In this document: positions 18,587-27,844 of the stretch, in pieces
How positions within the stretch are numbered: the stretch's first letter is position 1
How the letters are laid out: each line of letters begins with the position of its first letter
Assembly (NCBI GenBank): GCA_044349205.1
Contig: JBIKRJ010000003.1
Location: 1-36,729 of the forward strand
Origin: Cytophagales bacterium
Lineage (GTDB): Bacteria > Bacteroidota > Bacteroidia > Cytophagales > UBA9547
Reading direction: 5' to 3'
Length of the DNA stretch: 36,729 bases
Program-made: the position numbers and the translations under genes
The notes under the pieces: model-generated
Seen by the model: only the letters and a program-made list of their open reading frames with translations
Databases searched by the model: none
What the model was told of the DNA's origin: nothing

Positions 18587-20017
18587 CTACCTTGCAATAT
18601 CTCCCAAAGTCCATTTCAAGTCGGCTTCGGTTTTGTAAAACTTACTTTGCAATTCGTACAGTTTTACTTGCGACTCCAAAAAACGATTTTCGCGCGCATT
18701 GACTAAAAAAAGCGAGCTTTCGCCATTTCTTAGACGAGCCGTTTCGCCTTCAAATAGTAGCGCAAAACCCTTGATGTTTTGTTCGTAAAGCTTGGTTTGG
18801 GCTTGCAAGGTGACCATTTCGCTGTAATATGCTTTCAACTTGTTTACTAGTTCTAGCTTCTTGGTCTCGATTGCATATTGTGTGTTCTTTATTTTCAACT
18901 TGGTGGTTTGCAAATCGCCACGGCCTTGCATAAAAAACAAAGGCATCGAAAAATTGACCCCTAGCTTGTAGTTGTTGTTGACCATATAATTAAAGTCGTT
19001 TCGTACTCGGTAGCTTTCGTTCAGCAAGTTGTAATTCAGGTTCAGGGTAGGCTTCATGCTTTCTATTTTCAGCCTTCTTTCAATGTCCAACTGGCGCAGT
19101 TTGAAATCGTAGTTGCGCAGTATGGGGTGGGTTTGCAAAAGTTCTGCTGCCAGTTCTTCCAATTTTTCGTAGCGTAGCTGAAGTCTCAAAAAATCGGAAT
19201 TGAGGGGGCTTGGCAACAACAAGCTATCAAGCGGTCGAGGGGTTTCGTTTTCCAACCACAAATAGGTATTCAAATCTAAGCCTGCCTTGATAAACTTCAG
19301 TCGGGCTTCGTTCAGTTGAAATTGCCTTCCCTGCAACTGGGTGAGTGCTTCGGTAGTGTCGATGGCAGCGCGGTCACCCAGTTTTACCGATTCTACCATG
19401 GCATTGAAACGTACGAAATTGATGCGCGTGGCTTCTTCGAACACCTTCATTTCATTGTAAGCATAGGCCCAGTCGTAATAGCTTTTCAGACCGGCTACCA
19501 ACAAATCGTTGAGCATCATAAGGCGTTGTTGCTCGCTTGCCTCCCGAAAAAGTTGGGCTTGTCGAAGCATGGCACGCTGCTTATCTATCAACAAGTTTTT
19601 GATAAGCGGGAGCGAAATGCCCACAAAACCCTGGCCTACATCTGGTAGTATGCTCTCGCTATTCAAGAATTGACCTGTTGCAGTATTATAGCCCGCTTTG
19701 GCTTCTATGCCATACCATATAGGAACCGAAATCTTGTTTTCGAAATAAGAATAGTAATGTGTCCCCTCAAACATTTTCTCGTCATAGTCTGAGTATATTT
19801 TAGGATCCCAACCGCCAAAGGCTAAAAGCATTTCTGCTTTGGCTTGGTCTTTCAGTAGCTGGGCTTGCTTGGCCACTGGATGGTACTGCTTGACTATTTG
19901 AACAAATTCTACAACAGATAGATAATAACGTGTAGTGTCTTTGGCAAAAACAGCGTTGCCCAGCAGCATGCTAAGTACTAAGAAATATGGGAAGAAAGCG
20001 GCGGTAGGTCTTCTCAC
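18587..20017 (-). CDS. TolC-family outer-membrane efflux protein
   Basis: HPVAKQA...GGWDP, ISLPL, VNFSMPLF and GESSLFLVNARE in a two-repeat OEP layout. Probable GTG start at 20017 overlaps the upstream TGA (GTGA) and precedes a signal peptide ending AVFA. Confidence 0.87.
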   Translation of the reverse strand: MRRPTAAFFPYFLVLSMLLGNAVFAKDTTRYYLSVVEFVQIVKQYHPVAKQAQLLKDQAKAEMLLAFGGWDPKIYSDYDEKMFEGTHYYSYFENKISVPIWYGIEAKAGYNTATGQFLNSESILPDVGQGFVGISLPLIKNLLIDKQRAMLRQAQLFREASEQQRLMMLNDLLVAGLKSYYDWAYAYNEMKVFEEATRINFVRFNAMVESVKLGDRAAIDTTEALTQLQGRQFQLNEARLKFIKAGLDLNTYLWLENETPRPLDSLLLPSPLNSDFLRLQLRYEKLEELAAELLQTHPILRNYDFKLRQLDIERRLKIESMKPTLNLNYNLLNESYRVRNDFNYMVNNNYKLGVNFSMPLFFMQGRGDLQTTKLKIKNTQYAIETKKLELVNKLKAYYSEMVTLQAQTKLYEQNIKGFALLFEGETARLRNGESSLFLVNARENRFLESQVKLYELQSKFYKTEADLKWTLGDIAR

Positions 20018-21369
20018 TTTTTTTTCGATTTCTTGTCTTCGGGCTTCTGCATCGATTTGTAAAAGTCGGGCGGGAAGCCATTCATATTTCGCCATAGTTC
20101 GTAAATGACTGTCACGTCTTTAAGCAGAGCCATACCCCTGGCTCCACCGCCAATGCGTAGTGCCTTGGGCCAGGGCTGTTCTTCGGCATCTTCGGCCACC
20201 AATATCCTGAATTTACCATTGTCTGAGATGGCATTGTCTATGGCCACCACCTTGCCGGGGTAGGTACCGTAGCTCACATTGGGCCAACCGCTGAAAACAA
20301 TAGCAGGCCAACCATCAAATTGAAAACGCACTGTTTGTCCTGTTGAAATAAGGGCAATGTCGACGGGCTCTACATACATTTCAACGGCATATTTGAAATT
20401 TTGGGGTACAATTTTGGCCATTTCAGCGCCTTCCTTCACCACCTCGCCAATACCCGCCGAAATCGTTTTGGTAATTTGTCCGTCTTGCGGTGCCAACACA
20501 AAATAAAAACCATTTCGTATGCTATAGTTAGAAAATTGGTTTCTGAGCTTTGCTATTTCTCCCTGCCCAGTAGTAGCGTCGCTTAGCGTAGAAAAGCGTT
20601 CGCCTTGGGCTTTGGCTATCTTTTCATTGAATTCCCTGTCGGTCTGGTTCAATTCTATACGGGCATTGACCAAATCATTTTTCGAATTCATGAATTTATT
20701 TTCTGATATTAAGGCCTTTGCGGTAGCATTTTGGAGTTGTTGCTTGCGTTGTTCCAATTCGGTAAGTGATTTCAATCCTTGTTTGAAAAGTTCTTCTTGG
20801 CGTTTGTATTGGTCGGTAGCAATTTTTAGTTCGGTTTTGGCAGCTTCCAATGCCATGCTATCGCTTTGTACATACAGCACAGCCTGCCTTATTTTGTTGC
20901 GGAGTTGCTGCATTTTGTATTCTCTTATTTGGTTCAAGGCGCTTAGCTGGTTTTGGATGGCCTCGGACTTACTTTGATAAAAATCGACCGTTTTTTCTTT
21001 GGCATCTATCTGTTCTTTGGTTCTGTCCAGCAATTGTGGATCCAAAAAGCTGTCTTTTACTTCTGTGATTTTCAATATGGTATCGCCCTTTTTAACCATA
21101 TCGCCTTCTTTCACATACCATTTTTCGATACGACCGCCTATAATAGAGTTAAGTTGTTGAGGGCGCTGTTCGGGCAGTCGGGTAGTAATCATACCCGGAG
21201 CTTGAATATTTTGGGTCCAGGGTAGTAGCATAAACAAAAGCAGAATGACCATGGCACCCGTTAGCCACCTTACGATTTTGGTCTCGCTACGGGTATTAAA
21301 TGCTTTTTTTAGGGAAAAAAAGTCTTCTTTGTGTTCTAGCAATTTTTCATCTTCTGGGTGGTGCCACAT
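20014..21369 (-). CDS. HlyD-family periplasmic adaptor
   Basis: N-terminal TM then LPWTQN; lipoyl half-motifs GGRIEKWYVKEGDMVKKGDTI and VLAPQDGQI flanking a long coiled coil; FDGWPAIVFSGWP. Confidence 0.92.
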   Translation of the reverse strand: MWHHPEDEKLLEHKEDFFSLKKAFNTRSETKIVRWLTGAMVILLLFMLLPWTQNIQAPGMITTRLPEQRPQQLNSIIGGRIEKWYVKEGDMVKKGDTILKITEVKDSFLDPQLLDRTKEQIDAKEKTVDFYQSKSEAIQNQLSALNQIREYKMQQLRNKIRQAVLYVQSDSMALEAAKTELKIATDQYKRQEELFKQGLKSLTELEQRKQQLQNATAKALISENKFMNSKNDLVNARIELNQTDREFNEKIAKAQGERFSTLSDATTGQGEIAKLRNQFSNYSIRNGFYFVLAPQDGQITKTISAGIGEVVKEGAEMAKIVPQNFKYAVEMYVEPVDIALISTGQTVRFQFDGWPAIVFSGWPNVSYGTYPGKVVAIDNAISDNGKFRILVAEDAEEQPWPKALRIGGGARGMALLKDVTVIYELWRNMNGFPPDFYKSMQKPEDKKSKKK

Positions 21370-21396
21370 GTTGCTTTTGTTTGATGGTAAGATGAA

Positions 21397-23139
21397 TTAG
21401 ATGACATGCTTGAATATTGTTTCATATTCTTGGGTAGCACTTACCGTAGGGTAATCGCCAAAGGCTACGATTTTGCCTTCGTCCAACAAAAGAATCTTGT
21501 CGCATCTTTTGGCAAAATTTTCGTCGTTGGATATGGCTATCAAGGTATAGTTATTGTCTTTTGAGGTAAGGTTTTTGACCAAAAAATCTTGTTCTACGCG
21601 TTCAAGTCCGCTCCAGCAGTCTTCCATTAGTAGCAGGCGTGGTTTTGTGAGAAGTGAACGGGTAAGCAATATTTTGTTGATGGTATTGTGCGTAAGTTTT
21701 TTGCCCTGAGAATTGATTTTAGATTCCAAACCATCGTGCAAGGACTGAATGTAAGGCAGTAATCCGGTTTTTTCGGCCGTTTCAAGAATAAATGGAATCG
21801 TGAGCGTATTGTCGCCAAGCGTTAGGTTGTCGTACAGAGTGCCCGAAAACAATTCCGTGTTGTTCAGGTACACTCCCACCTCCAAGCGCAATTTTTGCAA
21901 ATTGTAGTTGGCAAGGGGGTAGCCGTTGAACAACAACTTGCCATCGAAATTGAGGTAAGCACCCGTAAACAACTGCAACAAGGTAGTTTTGCCCGAACCC
22001 TGAGTTCCCGAAATACATACATTTTCTCCCCCCTTTATTTCAAAATTGAGGTTAGACAATACAGGATGATTTGAATCTTTGTATTGATAGGATAGGTTTT
22101 CTAATTGTATACTTATTCCATTTGCTTTGCTTATGTCGAAAATATCCAATCCATTCTCTTGTTCTTGGGGGTGATCTAAGACTTTATGCACTTTTTCCAA
22201 AGAAGTGAGCATGTCGTACACCACATCCAAACTGCCTATGATTTTTTCAGTAGAGTTTAAAAGCATGATAATGACGATTTCACTGGCAATAAACTGGCCT
22301 ATGTTGATGTCTTGGTCGATAACTAAGATAGAACCTACAATCAACAAAGAAGCCGTAATGATGACTTTATACACGATAAAAGCCCAATATTGTCTTTGGA
22401 TAAGCTCGAAATGAGCTTGGCGGGCATCCAAATAATTACACACCAACTCGTCGGCTTTGCGAGCAGGAAACTCGTTCATTCCCATAAATTTGAGTGTCTG
22501 TATGGTGCGGGCTATTTCTTCCAACCAACCGCCTACTTCGTATTTGCAATTGCTTTCCATCAGGGAAGTGCGCATGCCACGCTCGTAAGTGGCTCTCAAA
22601 ATAATAAACATCAAACCCATAAGCGTAATGCCTATGATGATGAAAACAGGATGATAAAAGGCAAGGAGAATAGAACCAAATAGTATTTGAATGGAAGCAG
22701 TTGGAAACTCCAACAACACTTTTCCAAGACCTTTCTGAAGCGAAGAAGTATCGAAAAAGCGATTGACCAATTCGGGCAAATGGTAATCTTCCACACTCAT
22801 CAAATCGAGACGAGGTATTTTTTGGGCAAACTGCAAACTGAACCTAGTGAAAATTTTTCGTTGTATGCTTTCCTTCACCCGCATTTGCAGCATGGTAAGC
22901 CAACCGCTCAACACCACACCCAACACAACGATGAATACCAAAACAATCAAAGAAGTACTGATGACGCCACCAAACAATTGATTGATAATGGTTTGCACGC
23001 CCAAGGGCAGCGAAAGATTAATGATACCACTCAATACAGAAAAAAAGTAAATGCTAATCAATTCTTCTTTTTGAAGGGCAACCAAACCCCAAAAACGCTG
23101 AAGCGGTTTGCTGGTATTTATATTCTCAAAATCATTCAT
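21397..23139 (-). CDS. ABC exporter half-transporter (TMD+NBD, T1SS-like) with degenerate NBD
   Basis: TMD with GQFIASEI and ELVNRFFD; Walker A GTQGSGKTT; degenerate signature, Walker B and H-loop. ATG at 23139 preferred, because the track TTG at 23148 is inside the promoter box. Confidence 0.9.
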   Translation of the reverse strand: MNDFENINTSKPLQRFWGLVALQKEELISIYFFSVLSGIINLSLPLGVQTIINQLFGGVISTSLIVLVFIVVLGVVLSGWLTMLQMRVKESIQRKIFTRFSLQFAQKIPRLDLMSVEDYHLPELVNRFFDTSSLQKGLGKVLLEFPTASIQILFGSILLAFYHPVFIIIGITLMGLMFIILRATYERGMRTSLMESNCKYEVGGWLEEIARTIQTLKFMGMNEFPARKADELVCNYLDARQAHFELIQRQYWAFIVYKVIITASLLIVGSILVIDQDINIGQFIASEIVIIMLLNSTEKIIGSLDVVYDMLTSLEKVHKVLDHPQEQENGLDIFDISKANGISIQLENLSYQYKDSNHPVLSNLNFEIKGGENVCISGTQGSGKTTLLQLFTGAYLNFDGKLLFNGYPLANYNLQKLRLEVGVYLNNTELFSGTLYDNLTLGDNTLTIPFILETAEKTGLLPYIQSLHDGLESKINSQGKKLTHNTINKILLTRSLLTKPRLLLMEDCWSGLERVEQDFLVKNLTSKDNNYTLIAISNDENFAKRCDKILLLDEGKIVAFGDYPTVSATQEYETIFKHVI

Positions 23140-23145
23140 TGATGA

Positions 23146-23153
23146 CAAAGTTA
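23146..23153 (-). promoter_or_regulatory. -7 box (TAACTTTG) for the ABC-HlyD-TolC operon
   Basis: Exact TAnnTTTG match ending 6 nt before the ATG at 23139. Confidence 0.6.
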
Positions 23154-23168
23154 CACACTTTACAAAAA

Positions 23169-23183
23169 GAAAGTATTACTATC
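23169..23183. promoter_or_regulatory. Imperfect 15-bp palindrome; candidate TetR operator
   Basis: GAAAGTA-T-TACTATC (one mismatch) lies between the divergent ABC and TetR genes, over the expected -33 region of the ABC promoter. Confidence 0.5.
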
Positions 23184-23266
23184 GATGTAAAAAGCAAACA
23201 AATTAAAATTGGATTAACTACTATTATCTCCTTTGGAAAGATATTAATATTGCGAAAAAAAACAAC

Positions 23267-23944
23267 ATGGAATTTCAGGTAAAGTTTTCGCTGAATGAGA
23301 AAATCTTTGTGAAAAATCCTGAAAGTAGCGCCACAGGCCGAGAAATCGTGAAAAGAGGCATTGACCTCATTTACGACATGGGTTTTGAAAATTTTACGTT
23401 CAAAAAATTGGCGCAAACCTTGAATACTTCCGAAGCCACCATATACAGGTACTTCGAAAACAAGCACAGGCTGCTTTTGTACATCACAAATTGGTATTGG
23501 TCATTTTTGCAGTTTTTGGTTGAATACAAATTACAGAATGTCACCGACCCAAAAGTCCAGCTAAAAATCATCATCCAATTGCTTACGCACGATTTTCCCG
23601 ATACGCTAAGTCCGTTGGAGTACAACAAGCTATACCTAAACAAAATCGTGATTGCTGAAAGCAGCAAGGTGTATCTGGTAAAAGAGGTAAATGAAATAAA
23701 CAAAAAACAAGTTTTTAAACCTTACAAGGACTTGTGCGCAAAGTTGGCCGGCATTATCAGTGCTTACAACCCACATTATGCTTATCCACTTTCTTTGAGC
23801 AGCACACTCATCGAAACATCGCACCATCAGCAGTTTTTTTCCTTGTATTTGCCCAAGCTTACCGACGTTAGCCCCGAAAACAAGACACATTACACAAGCA
23901 ACTTTTTGGAAGACTTGCTGTTTGGCGTTTTGGCGCAAAAGTAA
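23267..23944 (+). CDS. TetR/AcrR family transcriptional regulator
   Basis: GFENFTFKKLAQTLNTSEATIYRYFENKHRLL is a TetR HTH; the gene is divergent from the exporter operon. Confidence 0.92.
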   Translation: MEFQVKFSLNEKIFVKNPESSATGREIVKRGIDLIYDMGFENFTFKKLAQTLNTSEATIYRYFENKHRLLLYITNWYWSFLQFLVEYKLQNVTDPKVQLKIIIQLLTHDFPDTLSPLEYNKLYLNKIVIAESSKVYLVKEVNEINKKQVFKPYKDLCAKLAGIISAYNPHYAYPLSLSSTLIETSHHQQFFSLYLPKLTDVSPENKTHYTSNFLEDLLFGVLAQK

Positions 23945-24005
23945 AATTTCGTGTGCCCACACTGCGAAATAGAAATTTTGGAAACAAGAAATGCGCATAG
24001 GGTGT

Positions 24006-24013
24006 TACTTTTG
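24006..24013 (+). promoter_or_regulatory. -7 box (TACTTTTG) for mfd
   Basis: Exact TAnnTTTG match 19 nt upstream of the TTG start. Confidence 0.6.
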
Positions 24014-24032
24014 CGATGTCTAGCCACTTGTT

Positions 24033-27000
24033 TTGAAAAATAAGGACTTTCTTTCTCTCTTCACCCACGATTCGCTTCTAAATACAGTATCGGAAAGGCT
24101 AAAAAATGCCTCGTCATCTTTATTTCTGAAAGGTTTTCGTGGAAGTTTGGATGCGGTGTACGCAGCAGCATTGTGCGAACTCACCGAATGCTCGCAGCTA
24201 TTCATAATGCACGACCGCGAAGATGCCAACTTTTTCCAGTCCGATTTGGCAAACTTGGTACAAGCAGAAGTGCTGTCTTTTCCTATGTCTTACAAAAAGC
24301 CTTACGAGCTTGAAGAAGTAGAAAATGCCAATGTATTGCTACGGGCAGAAGTATTGAACAAACTAAACTCGAACGAGGCCAAAAAATACATCATCGTTAC
24401 CTATCCCGAGGCACTTCCCGAAAAGGTGGTGGACAAAAAAACCTTGGTGGCCAATACCTTTTTGGCCAAAGTAGGTGAAAAAATAGATGTGGAATTTCTC
24501 GCCGAATTTTTGTCATCGTACGATTTCGAACGCACCGATTTTGTGTACGAAGCCGGCCAATATTCTGTGCGTGGCGGCATTGTCGATGTATTCTCCTATT
24601 CCAATGAACTACCCTACCGTATCGAACTATTTGGCGACGAAATAGAGACCATTCGCACTTTTGACCCCAATACCCAACTTTCGGTCGAATTTCGAAAACA
24701 GGTATCTATTATACCCGATATGCAAGCAAGCAAACTGGCCATCGAAACTCGTGAAAATTTTTTTAAGTATCTAAAGCCCGACACCATCGTGTGGATGCGC
24801 GACTTTCAAAAAGTAGGCGATTCGGCCAATCGTTATTTGCAAAAAGCGGAAGAAGCGTATCAAAAAAGGGCGGAATCGGGTTCAAATTTAAAACCTAGCG
24901 ACCTTTTTGAATCCAAAGATATTTTGGCCAAATCCATTCTTTCGTTCAGAAAAATAGAGTTTGGAAGCCATTCCTTCTTGCCCGATTCGGAAACTTTCGA
25001 ACTAAAGTGCCGCACACAACCCTCTTTCAACAAAGATTTCAAGTTGATAGCCGATGACTTGGAATTGTGGCGAAGCAAAAACTACACCCTGCTTGTTTCG
25101 GCCGAACAGTTTACCCAGTACGAAAAACTCGAGTCGATTTTTGACGAAATTTTGCCCCAACTCAAACTGCAACACTTGCACATTTCGCTCAGAGCGGGCT
25201 TTGTCGACGAAAACCTGAAATTGCTGTGCTACACCGACCACGAACTGTTTGACCGTTTCTACAGATACAAAGGCAAAGAACGTTTTTCGAAGACGAAAGC
25301 CATTACGCTGAAAGAGTTGCGTATGTTGCAACCCGGCGACTATGTGGTGCATCAAGATTATGGCATCGGCCGTTTTGCAGGTATGGAAACCAAGGAAATA
25401 AATGGACAGCCCCAAGAAGCCATCCGCCTTTTGTACCGCGACGACGACCTCTTGTATATTTCGGTACATGCCTTACATAAAATATCCAAGTACAGCGGCA
25501 AAGATGGTACAACCGTAACCATGAGCAAATTGGGCTCGCCCGAATGGGAAGAAAAAAAGAAGAAAGTTAGCCGCAAGGTAAAAGACATCGCCAAAGAACT
25601 CATTTCTCTTTATGCCAAACGAAGGGCGGCCCCAGGATTTGCTTTTAGCCCCGACACTTATTTGCAACGCGAACTCGAGACTTCATTTCTGTACGAAGAC
25701 ACGCCCGACCAAGCCAAAGCCACTTCCGATGTGAAGTTAGACATGGAAAAACCGCACCCCATGGACAGGCTGGTGTGTGGCGACGTGGGTTTTGGCAAAA
25801 CAGAAGTAGCCATACGCGCTGCTTTCAAGTCCGTGAGCGATAGCAAACAAGTAGCGGTGCTTGTACCCACTACCATACTCGCGCTTCAGCATTACAAAAC
25901 CTTCAAAGAAAGACTGAAAGCATTGCCCTGCAAAGTCGATTATTTGAACCGTTTCAAGTCGGCAGCACAAGTGAAAAAAACACTGGAAGAACTGGCCTCT
26001 GGCAAAATAGACATCTTGATAGGCACACACAAACTCATTGGCAAAGATGTGAAATTCAAAGATTTGGGATTGCTCATTGTGGACGAGGAACAAAAATTTG
26101 GTGTAGCGGTAAAAGAAAAACTGAAAGAACTGAAACTGAATGTGGATACGCTCACCCTTACTGCCACACCCATTCCACGCACCTTGCATTTCTCGATGAT
26201 GGGCGCGCGCGACCTCTCCATTATTTCCACCCCACCACCCAATCGCCAGCCTGTGACCACCGAAGTACACGCTTTTTCCGATGTGGTCATCCGCAACGCA
26301 GTTGCCGAAGAACTGAAAAGAAACGGACAGGTATTTTTCGTACACAACCGCATCAACGACTTGGATTCGATTGCCGACAGGATAAAACGCCTGGTGCCCG
26401 ATGCCAAAGTGGCGGTGGCACACGGGCAAATGGACGGTAATAAACTCGAAGAAGTAATGATGGGCTTCATCGAAGGCGAATATGACGTATTGGTTTCGAC
26501 CAATATCGTGGAATCGGGCTTGGACATACCTAATGCCAATACCATCATCATCAACCAAGCCCACATGTTTGGCCTTTCCGACTTACATCAAATGCGTGGA
26601 AGAGTAGGCCGTTCCAACAAAAAAGCATTTTGTTACTTATTAACCGTTGCCCCTACCTTGCTAACTCCAGAAGGACGAAAACGCTTGGCTACCTTGGAAG
26701 AATTTTCAGAATTGGGCGACGGTTTCAAAGTGGCCATGCGCGACTTGGATATTCGGGGTGCAGGCGACCTGCTTGGGGGCGAACAAAGTGGCTTCATCAA
26801 CGACATTGGTTTTGAAACTTACCATAAGATTTTGGACGAAACCATTGCCGAACTGAAAGAAACAGAGTTTAAAGACTTGTTCAAAGACGACCTGAGTTTG
26901 CTGAAACCGCTTGTGCAAGACTGCATCATAGAAACCGACCTTTCTATTCTAATACCTGAAAAATACGTCACCAATATTTCGGAAAGACTTGGGCTGTACA

Positions 27001-27398
27001 CCGAACTAGACAATATTGAAGACGAAGAGAATTTGAACCTGTTTGTAGAAAAAGTCAAAGATAGGTTTGGCCCATTGCCAGACCAATTTTGGGGATTGAT
27101 AGAAACGGTGCGCATGCGCTGGTTGGCTGAAAAACTCGGTTTCGACAAACTGATGCTGAAAGCCAAAGCATTGAAAGCCCAATTTGTACCCGGCGACAAG
27201 GAAACGTATTACCAATCAGATATTTTTGGAAAAATATTGGCCTATGTAAAAGAGAATGGCCAAAGTAGCAAGTTGGCCGAAACGAAAGGCAGGCTGGTGC
27301 TTACGGTGTACCAAATAGAATCTGCCACTGCCGGGCTGGAACTGCTAAAAAAACTTCATGGCTACGTGTTTGCCAAAGAAGAAGTAAAAGTGATATAA
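24033..27398 (+). CDS. mfd: Transcription-repair coupling factor
   Basis: UvrB-like SVRGGIVDVF; CarD/TRCF GDYVVHxDYGIGRF; DRLVCGDVGFGKTEVA; DEEQKFGV; TATPIPRTL; QMRGRVGRS; DLDIRGAGDLLG; C-terminal DRFGPLP. TTG start. Confidence 0.97.
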   Translation: MKNKDFLSLFTHDSLLNTVSERLKNASSSLFLKGFRGSLDAVYAAALCELTECSQLFIMHDREDANFFQSDLANLVQAEVLSFPMSYKKPYELEEVENANVLLRAEVLNKLNSNEAKKYIIVTYPEALPEKVVDKKTLVANTFLAKVGEKIDVEFLAEFLSSYDFERTDFVYEAGQYSVRGGIVDVFSYSNELPYRIELFGDEIETIRTFDPNTQLSVEFRKQVSIIPDMQASKLAIETRENFFKYLKPDTIVWMRDFQKVGDSANRYLQKAEEAYQKRAESGSNLKPSDLFESKDILAKSILSFRKIEFGSHSFLPDSETFELKCRTQPSFNKDFKLIADDLELWRSKNYTLLVSAEQFTQYEKLESIFDEILPQLKLQHLHISLRAGFVDENLKLLCYTDHELFDRFYRYKGKERFSKTKAITLKELRMLQPGDYVVHQDYGIGRFAGMETKEINGQPQEAIRLLYRDDDLLYISVHALHKISKYSGKDGTTVTMSKLGSPEWEEKKKKVSRKVKDIAKELISLYAKRRAAPGFAFSPDTYLQRELETSFLYEDTPDQAKATSDVKLDMEKPHPMDRLVCGDVGFGKTEVAIRAAFKSVSDSKQVAVLVPTTILALQHYKTFKERLKALPCKVDYLNRFKSAAQVKKTLEELASGKIDILIGTHKLIGKDVKFKDLGLLIVDEEQKFGVAVKEKLKELKLNVDTLTLTATPIPRTLHFSMMGARDLSIISTPPPNRQPVTTEVHAFSDVVIRNAVAEELKRNGQVFFVHNRINDLDSIADRIKRLVPDAKVAVAHGQMDGNKLEEVMMGFIEGEYDVLVSTNIVESGLDIPNANTIIINQAHMFGLSDLHQMRGRVGRSNKKAFCYLLTVAPTLLTPEGRKRLATLEEFSELGDGFKVAMRDLDIRGAGDLLGGEQSGFINDIGFETYHKILDETIAELKETEFKDLFKDDLSLLKPLVQDCIIETDLSILIPEKYVTNISERLGLYTELDNIEDEENLNLFVEKVKDRFGPLPDQFWGLIETVRMRWLAEKLGFDKLMLKAKALKAQFVPGDKETYYQSDIFGKILAYVKENGQSSKLAETKGRLVLTVYQIESATAGLELLKKLHGYVFAKEEVKVI

Positions 27399-27400
27399 GA

Positions 27401-27838
27401 TTACGCTTCGTATTTTTTGGGTGCGTACAAAAAACCAAAGGCTTCGCATTCTTCCTTGGTCATTTTTTTGTGATGAATCTTGTGTGCCCTGATAATTCTT
27501 TTCATGTACTTACTTTTGGCCACATATTTTATGTGGATGCGACGATGCACTATGACGTCGTGAAAAATAAAATAAAACAAACCATAGGCCGTAATGCCAA
27601 TTCCGACCCAAACCAAAAAACCAATGGCGGGGTACGCTCTTCCAATGAGGATACATACTACGGCAGGAATTGAAAAAACAAGGCTGAACAAGTCGTTTTT
27701 CTCAAAAAAACCGAGTCTTGGGCGATGGTGCGACTCGTGCCAATTCCACATAAAACCATGCATAATGTATTTGTGTGAAAACCAGGCAACAAATTCCATC
27801 GTCAAGAAACTAGCGAGTACTATACAAAAGGGCACCAT
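27401..27838 (-). CDS. crtZ: Beta-carotene hydroxylase
   Basis: MEFVAWFSHKYIMHG, WHESHH, FEKNDLF, HDVIVHRR, RAHKIHH and FGFLYAP: the His boxes of the CrtZ di-iron hydroxylase. Confidence 0.9.
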   Translation of the reverse strand: MVPFCIVLASFLTMEFVAWFSHKYIMHGFMWNWHESHHRPRLGFFEKNDLFSLVFSIPAVVCILIGRAYPAIGFLVWVGIGITAYGLFYFIFHDVIVHRRIHIKYVAKSKYMKRIIRAHKIHHKKMTKEECEAFGFLYAPKKYEA

Positions 27839-27844
27839 CGGAAA

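Noticed and set aside
18587-23139. Idea that the ABC-HlyD-TolC system exports the giant adhesin as a T1SS substrate
   Set aside because: The giant protein has an N-terminal Sec-type signal with Gln at +1 and no RTX nonapeptides in the parts read. T1SS substrates lack such signals, and the loci are more than 10 kb apart. Its C-terminus is not visible, so this is not fully excluded.
23945-23979. Bulged hairpin after tetR (atttc-gtgt-gccc-acac-tgc-gaaat)
   Set aside because: Weak stem with no proper U-tract; cannot be supported as a terminator.
24860-27215. Minus-strand ORFs within mfd (up to 275 aa) and similar antisense ORFs in ilvA, comM and ABC-F
   Set aside because: They lie entirely antisense to well-conserved genes and have no recognisable motifs.
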